DNA of 64,000 nucleotides from Sphagnum compactum (taxonomy: Eukaryota), in assembly GCA_965153455.1 (NCBI GenBank), contig OZ234493.1, positions 11,522,213 to 11,586,212 on the forward strand. Direction: 5' to 3'. Below, one piece after another: positions 11,371 through 28,692 of the stretch. Position 1 is the stretch's first letter. Every line of letters starts with the position of its first letter. Position numbers and translations under genes: made by a program. The notes beneath the pieces were generated by a model. The model was not told the DNA's origin and made no database searches. It saw only the letters and a program-made list of their open reading frames with translations.

Positions 11371-14308
11371 TCTATTTTGTGGACCTAGGCAAACTATTTT
11401 GACCTTTCTTTACTAATTCCTGGAATTCCCCACAATGAAGTTGATAGCACACAAACAAACCTACAAGCTCCAAATGCAATGATCTTAAAACCACTCACAA
11501 CTTTCATTTGATGCAAAAACCATAAAAAGAAAAAGCTTACATTCTTTTCAAAATAACATACCTTCAAAATTGTAGTGTGTGTTGTTGTAAAGTTCAAAAT
11601 TGCTACTAAGGAAAGAAATGAACCATCTGCACACACACTTTTTTTCCAACCATCACCCGTCCTGCTCGAAGTTGAGCTTGTGTTTCAATTGAACTAAATT
11701 GTCTCACCTACATTACTTTGCTATCATTCTTGCTCCCAAAGTTGGTCCCACTCCTATAGATCAAACACCTTCATTTGGCTTATCAATACTTAAGACATAT
11801 TTTGAACATCAATTTCGTCCATTCCTTGATGAAATTCCAAGATTGGGTTTTGTTGTGTGAGTATTCTTGAGTACATGGAGTATGGTAAGAGTACCATAGT
11901 ACTACAAAATACAACAAAACAACTCCTGGGGTTAGGTTTTTGAAACTTAATTTATCCAAAAACATTATTCAAAATACAACCTAATCCAAGTCTAGATCAC
12001 CCATAAAGATGACCCCCAACAGAAAAATAAAAAAAAATGGATCACTATAACCTTCAAATGTACTACCAAAGATTATAGACTTCAATGTTATTATTTCCAA
12101 AATAGATCAACAAATTATCTGAATAATTGAAAAAGATTGTTCTTTATGTTTTCATAAGTATGTGTGCAAAATTTCATTCAAAATACATACAATGGAAGAT
12201 GTATTTCTTAATCTTTTTCATGTCGATCTGTGTTTTCTCGTCAACTATTACACATTACAAATGTACTCCAAAGGACAATTGAATCGTCTTCAAATACATC
12301 AATTTCACAATAATTTGATAAATTAGGATGTGGAACATCATTAATTGCACATATTCATCACTAAATTTTCAACATAACTCACTTCAAATTTTGAATGTAG
12401 TGGAAAAGGTGAAATTGTGACATTTTTTGTCTACACTATACCACGGAAATATGCTAGTAAAAACAGTGGTTATGAAGGCATGTACTTATTATTATTTTTC
12501 AATTTGTGTGAGAACCATGATTATAAATCAAAATCAATTGTTTTGAATTTTACATTCATGATTAATGAACCTTAATAATTGCTTTTGTAATTGTGATTCT
12601 TATTTTATATAGCTTCTCAACATTAGTTCTAAGTCCTGTTTTGTTAGGTGGGGAAAACTTTGATGTTGAAGCATTATGCTTTGGACTCGGGGTTCCACCT
12701 TTATTCCCAAGGCATAATGCCCCAAATTTTGTGTTTGGGGGTAAGACCTTCTCATATATGAACACAAATAATACACATTAAGACCATTAGAAGATTTCTG
12801 CAAGAGCCATGTTTTAAATTGTAATTTCTCATCACTTAAGGGTTAGGGTTATTTTTAGTGTTTTGAAAGTTTACAATTTCCAATGTTAAAACCACATGTT
12901 CAAGGTTAAGGTTTTGTGACATGGACCTAAGTTCACATCTTTTTGTTGGAACTAGCATAAGAACTAGACATTGGAATTAATCATTTGTTAAATCTAAACT
13001 CAAAATCAAAATCGTGAAAAGTTATTTTGAAAAATAAAGACAAATTTTTTAAATAAGCAAGTTGTTATTTTTAAGTTAACAATAAGTTCAATTTCAAAGT
13101 TAAATATTATTTTTTATTAATTGTTAAACTTCATATGTATATAAACCTCGAATTTTAATTTGATATTAAATTTTCCATTTATACAATACCTAGCATAAGG
13201 GAGTGTGTAATGTCCACATGAAACCAAATGCAATCAAGTGGAGCTTAGAAATTCTTGAATTTGAAAAAATGTGTTAAAACCAAAATTGTAAGGTTTTAAA
13301 ATGGAAAGTACCAAGCTCAAACTCGCATCGAAAGAACCTCCAATTTTGTTTTTTAAATCAAAACCAAAATTGAAAGTTCTCTTCAAGAATAAGAACCATG
13401 TAACACTAGTTATTTTGTTTTTTAAACAAGTTATTCCATTCCATGGCATGATTTTTTTTTAGAAGGTGGATTCTTCCAATCTTGGAGCAAAGTTTTTCTA
13501 TTTTCTATATTTTTGGCAATAGAAAAAAAATTTGCAATCTGTGGGGATAACACCTTTAGATGAACACATTGCCAAGCCAACTTTCAATTATCACTTGTCA
13601 GGGACCCCACACGATTCAATAATACCCTCATCTTTGGCAAAATATTATAACCAAAAAAAAAGTACAAATGTAAACACAAACTATTATTAACACATGGCCA
13701 AAATGTATGTATCCAAAATAGTAACAAAATACACTAGCTCATTGCAATACTTTCTTAAATTCTACCTTACATTCTTATGACTTTTATCTAATCACTAAAT
13801 CCAAAACCTACAAGCATGAGATGGATCAAATCATTCCAAATCTTCTTTCATAGACTATCTTGATCATCTATATGGCATCAAAGTTATGCCCAAGCAATAA
13901 ACCTTTCATAGAACATTTGGAATTCCCCGCAAAATGGGCAAAAAACTATGATTTTAATATTCAACCTTGTCTCCCCAACATTTGATAATAGACAATCCCA
14001 ATTGCACCTTTAGATATCCCAAACATTCAACATTGAAAGGTATTGACAAATGTAAGCCCAACCTCTTCGAAATTGTCTCCTTGCACATATACACCCAAAA
14101 TTGAACCCTATGACAATAGATGGTTTCCAAGGAACATTGAAACTAGACTCGAAACTCCTTGATACTCACTTTCCCTATCCTTGTGTCACATTTAAATTCT
14201 TTAAATTATTTCAAGTATACAGAACTTGAAATCTTGATGCCATGAACAAATCAATCTTTCTTAATCCCTTACAGCTTATCATCAGCTCCACTAATGCCAT
14301 TAATATTA

Positions 14309-15062
14309 CGAGTGTTGTGACCCGTGGCTACGCCACTCCAGCCACCCGTGGCACCTCGCCCGGCCCCCCGCAGCGGCTGCCCTGGCCGCTGTTTTTTTTG
14401 GCTCTCTGAGGACCTCGTTTCAGGTCCCCAACGACGGGTTTTCTTTTTGAGGACCTCGTTTCAGGTCCCCAACGACGGGTTTTCTTTCTGGGAACTTCGT
14501 TTCAGGTCCGTCTCGAGGTCTGGACCGGGTATTGGCCACCTCGGTTCAGGTCCTCGAAGGTTTTGAGGACTTCGCTCGTTTCAGGACCTCGTCTTGTTTT
14601 TCTTCTTCTTCTTGGGGATGTGGTTTAGGGGTTTAAGACAGACGGACAGACGGACAGACGGGATCCGGGTTTCAGGACCTCGACAGACGGACAGACGGGA
14701 TCTGGGTTTCAGGACCTCGACAGACAGACAGATAGACACAACGTTTGCTTTTATATATAGGATTATATGTGCCATGGGTGCTGATTTTGTGCCCTGATTA
14801 TCACCTCACCTATCCTATTTTGCCATCGACTACAGACCAGCTCCACAGGGAACAGGCAGTGATTGGAAGAATCTTCCAGGCACTGCCCAATTTTTGTCCA
14901 CACAGACAGACACAACGTTTGTTTTTATATATAAGATTTGCTTTTCAAAGATGTTTCCCAACTGCCCTAACTGCCGTCGGTTCCGGCGTAATGTTAAAAC
15001 ACAGAACGTCTTGTGACACATAGACGGACACACATACACCACGTTTGCTTTTATATATAGGA
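14309..15062 (-). mobile_element. Non-autonomous Helitron-like element with one 3' end and three stacked 5' ends
   Basis: On the minus strand, A|TCYTATATATAAAARCAAACG.. 5' termini lie at 15062, 14936 and 14762, each followed by GTCT/GTCC-type repeats. The 3' end is hairpin GTGGCGTAGCCAC then ..CTCG|T at 14309. No TSD; sits between A and T. Internal ~40-bp tandem repeats (GAGGACCTCGTTTCAGGTCC). Confidence 0.75.
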
Positions 15063-15669
15063 TATATGACCTATCCAAATCTCAAATTTCTAATTGCAGA
15101 ATCTCTTACACAGTGAACATTTTCGAACATCCATAGCTAGACACTCCAAAAACTTCACGCCATGACCATTCCTTTCATCAATCCACATCTACAACAACAA
15201 CACCACACACACACACACACACAAAAACAAGGCTAAGATGTTTAACTCACCGAAGGTTGCTCCATTTCTTCCTCAACCTTTAAAGCTCCATCTAATCCTC
15301 CGAGAGCATCCACGTTCCATGAAAAAATAAAAATAAAACATAAAGCATCCCAAAAATCTCAAAAATCTCGCACCATCATAATCAAGCGCCATCTCCATTG
15401 TTACACCACAAATGAGCAGAAACTCCATTGAACGATATCAAAAACAAAAGGAACTACAGTTTTCGACCTTTAGATAAGGACGTGGCTGTCCTGGCTAACA
15501 CATTAAACCCTAACAATACACCCAGTGAAGGTTATCAGGGTGATTCCAAGGATTCATAACCGTGGTTCTAAAAAACCCCAGTTCTGGTCTATCACCACAG
15601 TTCTCAAAAGATTTGAAAGATCAAATAAAACCAGAGCCATAGAACTGCCAGTTCGTTTGCCGGTTCTTT

Positions 15670-16060
15670 ATTGAGAACCGCTGGTTCTTTAAGGTTTTTC
15701 AAAACAAGTGGGACCAGCAGTTAGTTGTTCTTGGATTCTGATTTTCTTTTTTTAAACCTCGGAACCGGTGGTTCTCTGGTTCTGGAATTTGTTTTCTTCC
15801 TTTGCCGGGCAGACCGGAGAAAGGCGTTTCTAGGGTTTCTAGGGCATTTTTTATGCCAACCCTAAGCCCTAAGATCGCCGGTTCATCGCCGGTTTTTAAG
15901 GTTTTTGAAATAACCGGGGCTGGCGGCTCTTTGATTCTCTGATTCCTTTTTGAAAGGACCGGAATATCGACTGATCCGCACCGGTGTTTTTTTCCTTCTT
16001 TTGGCGGGCAGACCGAAGAAAAGCAATTCTAGGGTTTTTAGCGCATTTCTAGGGTTTGGG
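15670..16060 (+). promoter_or_regulatory. PRMT1 proximal region: duplicated ~200-bp module with telo-boxes
   Basis: TAGGGTTT (telo-box, reverse complement of AAACCCTA) at 15831, 16030 and 16050. Duplicated block CGGGCAGACCG.AGAAA.GC..TTCTAGGGTTT at ~15806 and ~16005. A (GA)n tract at ~16204-16220 lies in the presumed 5' UTR. Confidence 0.5.
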
Positions 16061-16273
16061 AAGTTCTCCGTTCTACTAGTGTTTGTGTATTTTCAGTGTC
16101 TGTTGGTGCTTCTCAGCGGAAGCCGACTCTGTTCTTTCTGTTGTTCTTCTTTTTCTAGAGGAGGCCGCCTGCAGTGCAGTGCATTGCAGTGAGTGAGAAG
16201 GGGAGAGAGAGAGAGAGAGAGTAAAGAAGGAAGTGGTAGTGGTGCTTTTGCTGCTGTGCTGAGGCCGGGATCG

Positions 16274-19789
<3,516 letters not shown>

Positions 19790-20989
19790 ACACAAGCAGA
19801 ATTCATCATGGAGCTGAATACAGAGAAGAAAGTCGCTATCTGAAGAGGGAGTTCTCTAACATAAGATATTTCCAGTTTTGGGAGCTTGAAGACTACACGA
19901 TTGGAATATCTTGTCTAGGTGGAGTATAGCTGCACTTGGAGGTATTCTGAACTGGGATGAGAATACATGCCCCATCCAGTCAGATGCTTGTTTAGATTTG
20001 GTAAGAACTGCAAAGTGTTTGATTTGTTGTTGAGGTTCACAAAAAGATTGATTATTTTTGCGAACAGAATGCTCTTAATATGAATTCACATGTCAGATGG
20101 GTCTGCAACTACCTTCACTGTCTAACTGCAGTCAACATTTTGCTTTGCACTTTGCTCTTGTATGGTGGAAATTTGGTGCTGAGATAGGGATGGGGAGCAT
20201 GGGCTCACAGTTTTTGATTTCTTGAAATCTGCACAATAGGTTGCCCCTCTCTGATGACTGAACGCATAGACTTGGAGTAGACCTCAATACACTCAGGTTG
20301 AGGTCAGTCAACAGGTTGAGTTCACTCAGGTTGCTATGGGCAGACGAGAAAGGTATTGTCAAGGGTTCCTTCGCCTCTGACAGTCACCTTGTAGAGTGTC
20401 CAACCAGTTGATGCAAGAGTTTTCTACCAGAAGATAACAGTTGGTAATTACAGAGTTGAACGTTGAGTACTTGAAAGTTGAAAAAGTATGTCTTCTGTTT
20501 CACCAAGTGGTTGGCAAGGAAAGTCACATATTTATGTCAGAGTTCTGTTTAACCCTAGTATGGCAATTTGTGTACAGAAGTAGATTCTGACTTATTATCT
20601 CTCTTTTTTCATTCAAGGGCTCTTACTGTTTAGGAGCATGGCAATGGAGCAAAGAAGCAAAGCTTGGGAGGATGAAGCATCCTTTGACAAAAGTCCTAGA
20701 AACTCCTTTTCTTTCATCTTTTTCAACAAATATTTTAAAGGATTGGAGCATCATCTTCCTCCACCAATCTTTTAAGAACACCTTGTTGCATTTTTTTTGG
20801 TTATCTCCCTTTCATTCATATTTAACCAAGTATTATCAATTTCACAAATATAGGATGATTACAAATGCCCAAGAAGAACCCTTGGTCAATGGCAAGCAAG
20901 TTATTTTATGTGCCATGAATTTCTCTTGAGCAAGAAGTTGCAATTTTGGGAAGAACATATATTCCATGAATGTTTTTGTTTGAGGTTTG

Positions 20990-21400
20990 GCCGACCATGA
21001 TGTTAATATGTGTAGGCAACATTTGACCCCATTTCAATGTAATGCCAAATTTCAATCAACTATGAGCTTATCACATTAATGGCAAATTATGTCTTGTTTC
21101 TTGGTCACATTAATGTTTGGGTGGTAAAATATGTTTGGTTTCTTGATGACATGGCACATATGGTGGCAAATTACATCTTGTTTTTTAACAACATCATAGG
21201 TTGGGGTGACAATTATATATATATATATATATATATACATATTTATTTATTTATTTAATCACATTAAGGTTAGGGAGGTAAATTAACTTTTTTTTCTAAT
21301 CACCATAGGGTTTGGGTGGTAGATTATGTCTTTGTTTCTTAGTGATATGGACCTTATGGGCCCATTGTAATGTGATGCCAAATTTTAACCAACTATGGTG
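20990..21400. repeat. Degenerate ~45-bp tandem repeat with (TA)n microsatellite
   Basis: Recurring GGTGGCAAATTATGTCTTGTTTCTT..CACAT units; (TA)n at ~21213-21236. Confidence 0.6.
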
Positions 21401-24400
21401 GGCACACAAAAGGAGAACAGAAAAGTAGTGCCTAGCTTGTACAAGTCAGATTTATATAACCGAAAGTTGATAACACAAAGCAACAACAAAAGTGCAACTC
21501 TTTAAACAAGAAAATTGCCACATAGTATTGTGTAATATGTATGGGGCTCAAGTAAGTCTTTTAAATTGGTAACATTAACATGCTTGATTTGGAATGCATT
21601 GTGTAATCATACTAAATTAATTGCATTTAGTTCTTCAAGTACATTATTAGCTATTTATGGCTTCTAGTAACTACTTTATTGACTAACCAACTTGTGAAAT
21701 AAATCAACTTAAATCCACTCTACTTCATTAGACCAAGGCAAATTGGATTTAAAATTTTAGTTTATTTTCATTTCCTTTTGTTTCCATGTGAAATGTTGTA
21801 ATTGTTACAAATATCTATAAGTGGGATTAATACAACTTGTCAAAACAATCAAAAGAGCCCCATTGTGTTTCATTAAATGATATGAAATAATTTGGTTTCA
21901 AAATTCCAATTTGTTTTCTTTCCCTTTTGTTTCCATGTGAAATCTTTTAATTGGTGCCATGATTTATAAATTGGATTGGTGCAAGGGAGTAGCAAATCTA
22001 GGGATGCTTTCCTAGTATCTCCCCCTAATGGATTGAGATTATTTGCAGTAAGTTGGACTTTAAAGCAAATTCTAAAATTCAAGTTGTGTGTTATACCATG
22101 GTGAATGCCCATAGAAAATTAAAACAAACATTACATGTGGCATGCTTGTAAACAACCTTAAAACCAACAATGAAGGTTGAGCTTCTTGAATCAACAACTT
22201 GACTCCCATGCCTTGGGCAATGTGGTGTAGTCATGGGCAAGACATTCTTTGCATGGTAGTTGTTATAACTATCAAGAAGGGGTTGGTTAGATTACCATTT
22301 CTAGGCTAACTAGCACAAATTTGAAAGAGGTGGCAAATAGCAACGTAAATAACGTAGTTATATTCTAGTAATTCATAGTAGATAGAGCATAATAGATGGA
22401 ACATGGTAGCACATTTGAAACTTGGTTTGAATGTTTTTTGTGGTGGCATTTCACTTCATTTCCATCTAATATTTGAACCATGGTGATTTGATTTCTACAT
22501 ATTATCTTGGAAGTATTTTACTACTAATTACAATGAAATGTTTGTTTACAAAATTGCATGATATGTTTATGACCATAAGAACCAAATTGAAATCAATAAA
22601 ACCAACTACCTAATTTAGTTTTCTAGAAGAGAATTGGTAAAGAAGATTAGTTCATGTGCATGTTTTAATTTAGAATTAATGAAAACCTACAAGGGTTCCA
22701 TTCTAAAAAGAATAAGAAGATAGAGTTGATCATTGTCCAATATTATTCAAATGTGTCAAAATAATAAGTGTACACAAGTAGTTAGATATGTCACAATCAA
22801 GTATATATTAATTATATATGTCAAATATCTACTATTTATATCTACTATTTAGTGAAATGTGTCAATAGAATAAATGTCCACAATCAATCAAATCTAACGT
22901 GGTTCATTGTGATGACACTTAATCAAATAAACCATCACAAATCAACAACCATATGTGGGCTTGGGAGACAACTTAAATGACAATAAGTGAAATTTGGACA
23001 AATTAAAATGTGATCTTTGGTGGATTATGATGGGATTAGATGATGTCATGTGGCAATAATTTGAAGTACATTTTTATTACCATGTTACCAATAATCAAAT
23101 TATCAACTTGCCAAATTGACCATCCAAATGGCAATCACATGATGATACGGAAAGGGGGAAAGATTAAATAGTGGGTAATTTGACTAAATAATCAAATTAA
23201 TAATGTGATGGAAAGACCAATCAAAAGTTCTAGTCTAAACATGGTCAAAAAGACCACCAAGTCGCAAATGATTAGACAATTTTTTTCATGGTTGTTGCTT
23301 TTGGGTCCTTTTTACCACATTTCAATTAAACTTGAAATACAATTCCTAAATGTAACCAAATGCAAACGATGTTTGAATTGTCATATTGGATCTCAATGGC
23401 CTTCTGCAACATATACATGCATTTAGATTTTTGCCCAATTCCTTGCAAGGCATGTTGAAAATATTTGCTAAAAAAAAACTAGAAAAAAAACTAACATTTG
23501 CAACTATATTCTAATTGCAAAGGACTTTTGTTATTAAAAACTACCTAGTTGCATTAGACAAGTTGCATAAGACTTTAGTTGCAAATGTGAATGACGTCAA
23601 TGGTCAACCAATACTTCACCATCTATATACTATTATATGCCATCTATCTATTACCATAAAAATCACAATTGACATAATGACATGTGACATATGAAAAAGG
23701 TTTAAAATTTTTTTTTTTGAAAATAAATAGTGAATCTTCACCATCTATTTTTAAATGATTTTATATTATGACACATGGCATAATACAAATATGTCACATG
23801 GCATTTTTAAAAATTGGCCAAAATAAATTAAAATCAATATTTAAAAAAGTAGGTCAAATTAAATAGGTAGGTAGGTAGGTAAGGCCATGTAGGTAAGTAT
23901 GTAGGTAAATATTTTAATTTTTTTTGTTTAACCTTTAGGGTTAAGTTTTTTAAAAGGTTAAACTCCTGGTTCATCCTAATTGACACGTTTCTTTTTTACA
24001 TGAAAGTGTGTAACAAAGTTTTCTCATTATATGGAAATGGAAGTCCCATTTTATATATATTTTCCTCCTTTTTAAATTGTAGATTATATAACTAAGTAGG
24101 TAAGTAACTGTTTAATTGTTTAACTAACTAATGAATTATTAATTAATATTTATATAATACTGAATTTATTTATTTAATAATCATAATAATTCATAAATTT
24201 TTCTAAATATCAACGAATTAATTATTATTATATGAATAATAATTAAATAACTAACTTATGAGTTAAAATATTTCATTAATGGTTATTAAATGATCAAATA
24301 ATTAAAAATTATTATTTTTTAACTATACATAATATGTGTTGATTATTATTTATCAATTAATTAATAAGTAGGTGGCCTATGTTTGGTAGGTAGGTAACCT

Positions 24401-26299
24401 ATATTAGATAGGTAGGTAGGTAGTTAATTTACCTAAATACAAACTAAATATAACTTTATAAATACACCAATATAAACATACCCCCATTATATCCCTAATA
24501 GATTGGTTGCAAGTTAGACATGGCACCCAATAATGTTCTTTTTAGCTAATTTTTTCAAATTGGCAAAAAATTAATTTTTTTGAAATTTTTGGTTGACAAA
24601 ATATGATATAAATCTAAACTCTATTTAAATTTGCTGGATTCTACCTTAAGTTGGTGGCAAGTAGCCAAACATATAGGAGGATGTTAAAAATAAATTATTT
24701 TCATATTTTATTTTTGTCAAATCTAGTTAAATCATTTTATAGTTGGTCATCATTTGAACTGAGTCACAAATTTGAAAAAAAAAATGTTGGAACCCTTAGT
24801 CTTAATTTGTCGAACTTGCGATTGAATTATAGTTGCAAGTTAAAGAGTTCAAAGATTATGGTCACCTATTTCAACTAGTACTTGAAATTCAATTGCAACC
24901 ATGGTTTAAGGTTAGGGTTTAGGGTTATAAACCATGGTTGCCCTTGTTCAATTTGTAACCAAGCTTTCCATTACAAGCTTGAAAGGTCCCAGATGTTGCC
25001 CCCTCCCTTTACAACCATTAGTGGACATGTTCAATCCCAAACTATACATGTTTGATTGCAAGTTAAATTGGGTGTCCATGGTTTTCAACCTTGTCTGGCT
25101 TACAACAAAATGTGTTTTAACTTGTGACCAAAATATGGTTACAAGTTGGACATGGGCTTTCAAACCTCGTTGTGAGGACTTAATGCCAATTTTCAATTGT
25201 TCATATTGTGACAAAAATTTGGTCACAATCTAGATGGTGAGAGTAATTATATGTACATAATTACAATTATTGTTGCCTATTTAATATTCATGTGGCAAGT
25301 TATGGAATGTCTGAAATTTCTGGGCTCGTATTTTGACGGGTGTTAATTATGAAAATTTTATGTATATATTCAATAATTATGACTAAACAATAGTAGTAAA
25401 AATTGCTCTCAATTTTTATATTGTGCCAACGTTAACCTTTGTGTTGAAATTATGGAAAAATGACATGTTTGGACAAATGTTGACGTGACAAGTAATACAA
25501 AAATGGTGTGTCACATCATTTATGACAATCTTGCCTTACATTATGTTTTGCAACTCCTTGCAAGGATTACACAAGGGATTCCATCAAAAACTTAATCACG
25601 TTTTTCAAAACTTTGAAATGAAAGTTCAAAAACTAAAACATTTTATGTGTTCCAAGGTAGAACATCATAATTTCTTCAAATGATATCCATGTTTTATAAT
25701 TTAAATGCCTATCTTGAAACCCTTGAAAATAAATTTCCAATTTCATATCAAATTCCTCAATCAAAATTCATTTGTTCCTTCAAAATGTCGTTTAAGCGAT
25801 TGGGAGTTATGTTTGGCAATTTGACTCCCAACCTTTCAAATGGCCATAATTCATTTTACAAATCTTTGTTTTGAAATTGCAACCCCACTTTATTGTAAGG
25901 TACTCTTCAAGACCTTTTCAAATATTTGGATCAAAGTTTGAAGGTTAAACCTTGTTCAAATTAGGTCTTCTTTAAACTTCCATTAACTTTCACACATCTC
26001 CATTTCATGTTTGCATTATTTTGTTTTTGTCCCACACATGAGCCTTCATGGCATGATCTTGAAAAAACCCTCGTGTTTTCCTTCATTTTGAGAAGAAATT
26101 TTATTGTTCATCTTGAGGATTGGCCGCACACCCATATTAAGGTTGCAACATGAAATATTGCATCACAAGATGTGAAACTTAAAAATCATTTATTATAATC
26201 AGCAATGATTGTACATTATTTACATAGGTGTTAAGAAGGGAGGCAATTTATGTAGGCAAGTAGATGGCCAAAAATCTATTTAGTTTGGTTTAACTTAAC

Positions 26300-26890
26300 A
26301 TGGTCACCTACCTACCTACCTACCTATTAGGTACTTTTAGGCATGCTAGATAGCTAAGTAACCTAGCCTATTTACCTACCTATCAAGCCTAAACCTATCA
26401 TAGTTTAGGGCCTAGCTAATAACCTATTAGTTATAGGTTATTTACTTACCTACTTAGCCTAACCTTGCTACCTACCAACCTACCTACCTAGATGCTAATA
26501 GGTACCTATCCTAGCTAGCCTATCATACTTTAGTTAATTTACGTTATATTTTAACTCCACTTAACCTACCCTCCTACCTAATCTACTCAACCAAGTTTAG
26601 CTTATCCAACCTATTTAACCTAGGTTACAAAGGCTAGCTAGTATGCATGTAGGTAGTTTAGTCTACTTAATGTAACTTAACATACTAGTTAATTGTTAGG
26701 TAATTATATGTTGCCTATCCTAACGTTGCTTAACTAGTAAATATCATAACCTACTAGTTAATTAAGTAAACATAGTTCGACTATCCTAGTGTTGCCTATC
26801 TAGTAACTAGCATAGTATAACTAATTACAAGTAATGAATAATAGACTATCCTAACCTAAACTAGCTTAGGATAGGCTAGGATAGTTTGGA
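26300..26890. repeat. Low-complexity (CCTA)n/CTAG-rich tract
   Basis: Repeated CCTA/TAGG/CTAG words. A reverse-sense (TAGG)n-rich tract lies at ~23865-24425. Probably the interior of a decayed non-autonomous transposon. Confidence 0.6.
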
Positions 26891-28397
26891 CCATCGATTT
26901 TATTGTACATATTGATTATCACTAATGGTTATAAATATTTGTACACTTTGATAAGCAATTAGAATAGTATAGATGCCGTATGTTGTGATTTGATCATTTA
27001 TGTATAGTTGTTAGAAATTATTAATTACAAATACCATTGCAAAAACAATTTGGATTTCATTCATCAATTGATGCCACCAATAATGGATGACATATATCTT
27101 CACTTTTCATCAATTGTTTCATTTAAATTTGTGGTAGTCACAAATTGTATTTGTATACATGACTAAAATTTGGATCCATTCATAATGTAACTACATATGC
27201 AACTTTAACACTTACAACTATGGTGACAAATATGATTGCTATAGGTGTAATTGCAAAATGGGTTGATTTCAACACTAGCCACACTTTAGTTGCATACATA
27301 AGGTCAAAATGGACAAGATTTCTTCTAATATCATTGTTTTTTAAGAAAAAACAACAATTTTTTTCATCATAAATTAACACATTTTGTTGTCCCCCATCAC
27401 TTCTTCATTAATTACACAGAATAATATTCTTGTTGCACCCCATGACTTTGTCCATGATGTGATTTTTATTAATTTTTTCTATTGCATTCTAGTGTCCTTG
27501 CTAGTCTCTATTCATTCCTTATTGTGTACCATCATTAACCCACATTGTTCCTTGTCATACTTTAGGACATACTTGGGAATTAACATTGGCAACCTTATTA
27601 TCCATCTTCTCCAATTTTTGCCAAGGACATTGAGCGGGACACATAAGGTTTGTTATATTGTTATGTAAGTGGAACTCGATAGGTCCAAGTTTACTAAAAC
27701 CTTTTTAAATATCCAAGTAAATAACAAAACCCTAGGACTCGGTTGTATGGTAGATTAAATGTAAACGCATAACATAAAATAGATCATTTGGTGAAGGGGG
27801 TGTAAACTTGGCACCAACGAAACTTTGTTTTGTCTACACTTGGTTTTGGGTCTTTGCAGTGTTTATGGTGTGAGCTTTCCTTTGTTCAACAAAAACTTTT
27901 AAGTTTTCTTATGAACTTGATCTAAGTTTTGTAAGCTTTTCATTCTTATGGTTCCTCAAACAAACTTGAACACATTTTTTAACCTTGACCAAACCAAGAT
28001 CATTCTTAAATTGTGATCCTTCACACAAAAAATCCAAAAGGTTTTTGAATGATTTCAAGCATTAAAAAAAAAGAGAAATTCATTTGATTGTAAGCAATTT
28101 TGTGCTCATCTTTGTGTGAAGATTTTAAAAATGTCTTTAAAATTACTATTTTCTTTGGGAGCGAATTGCATTATTCTTCATAATTATGGTTTTTTTGTGA
28201 ATGGAAAAAAACCTTGTTTGCATTTTCTATAATGGAACATAATTAACATCAAGAATATATCAACCAATGTTTTGAAATCTACAACCAAAACACAAAACTT
28301 ATAATAATGAAAATACTTCATAACCACCAAGATCAATCAACTAGGAAGGCAAAACCAAAAATAAACTAACTAAACTTGAGTTTTATGTTGTTGGACA

Positions 28398-28692
28398 AGG
28401 GTTGTTTTTTGGTGAATTTTTGCAACTTGGAGACAAAAAAAAGGGTTGGCTAGTCCAACAAAGGGATTTTTGAGACTTTTAAAAACAAAGTCGCCATATC
28501 TTGACCAAAAAAACTTTGAAGTCGCTAGATTTAAACAATGTGTTCTTGTAAGTTGTTAGAACTAAGCAGGATCCCAAAAAAAATCTATTAGTCCATCGGG
28601 ACAATCACCATGATGGACAATCACCATTTATTGCTAATTAATGTTGGGTATCCTAGCTAGTCCACCTACTTGAGGAATTTGAAAAAACACCG
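28398..28692. repeat. Dispersed ~290-bp repeat (MITE-like), copy 1
   Basis: Colinear similarity to 34515-34808 (CAACAAAGGGATTTTTGAGA..GCCATATCT..GCTAATTAATG..CACCTACTTGAGGAATTTG). Ends are GGGTT-T-run and A-run-CACC. Confidence 0.75.

Noticed and set aside
14324..15078. Cluster of overlapping GC-rich ORFs (MATPLQPP...)
   Set aside because: They arise from the GC-rich Helitron-like element. The same MATPLQPP start recurs at 60895 only because the 3' terminus is shared.
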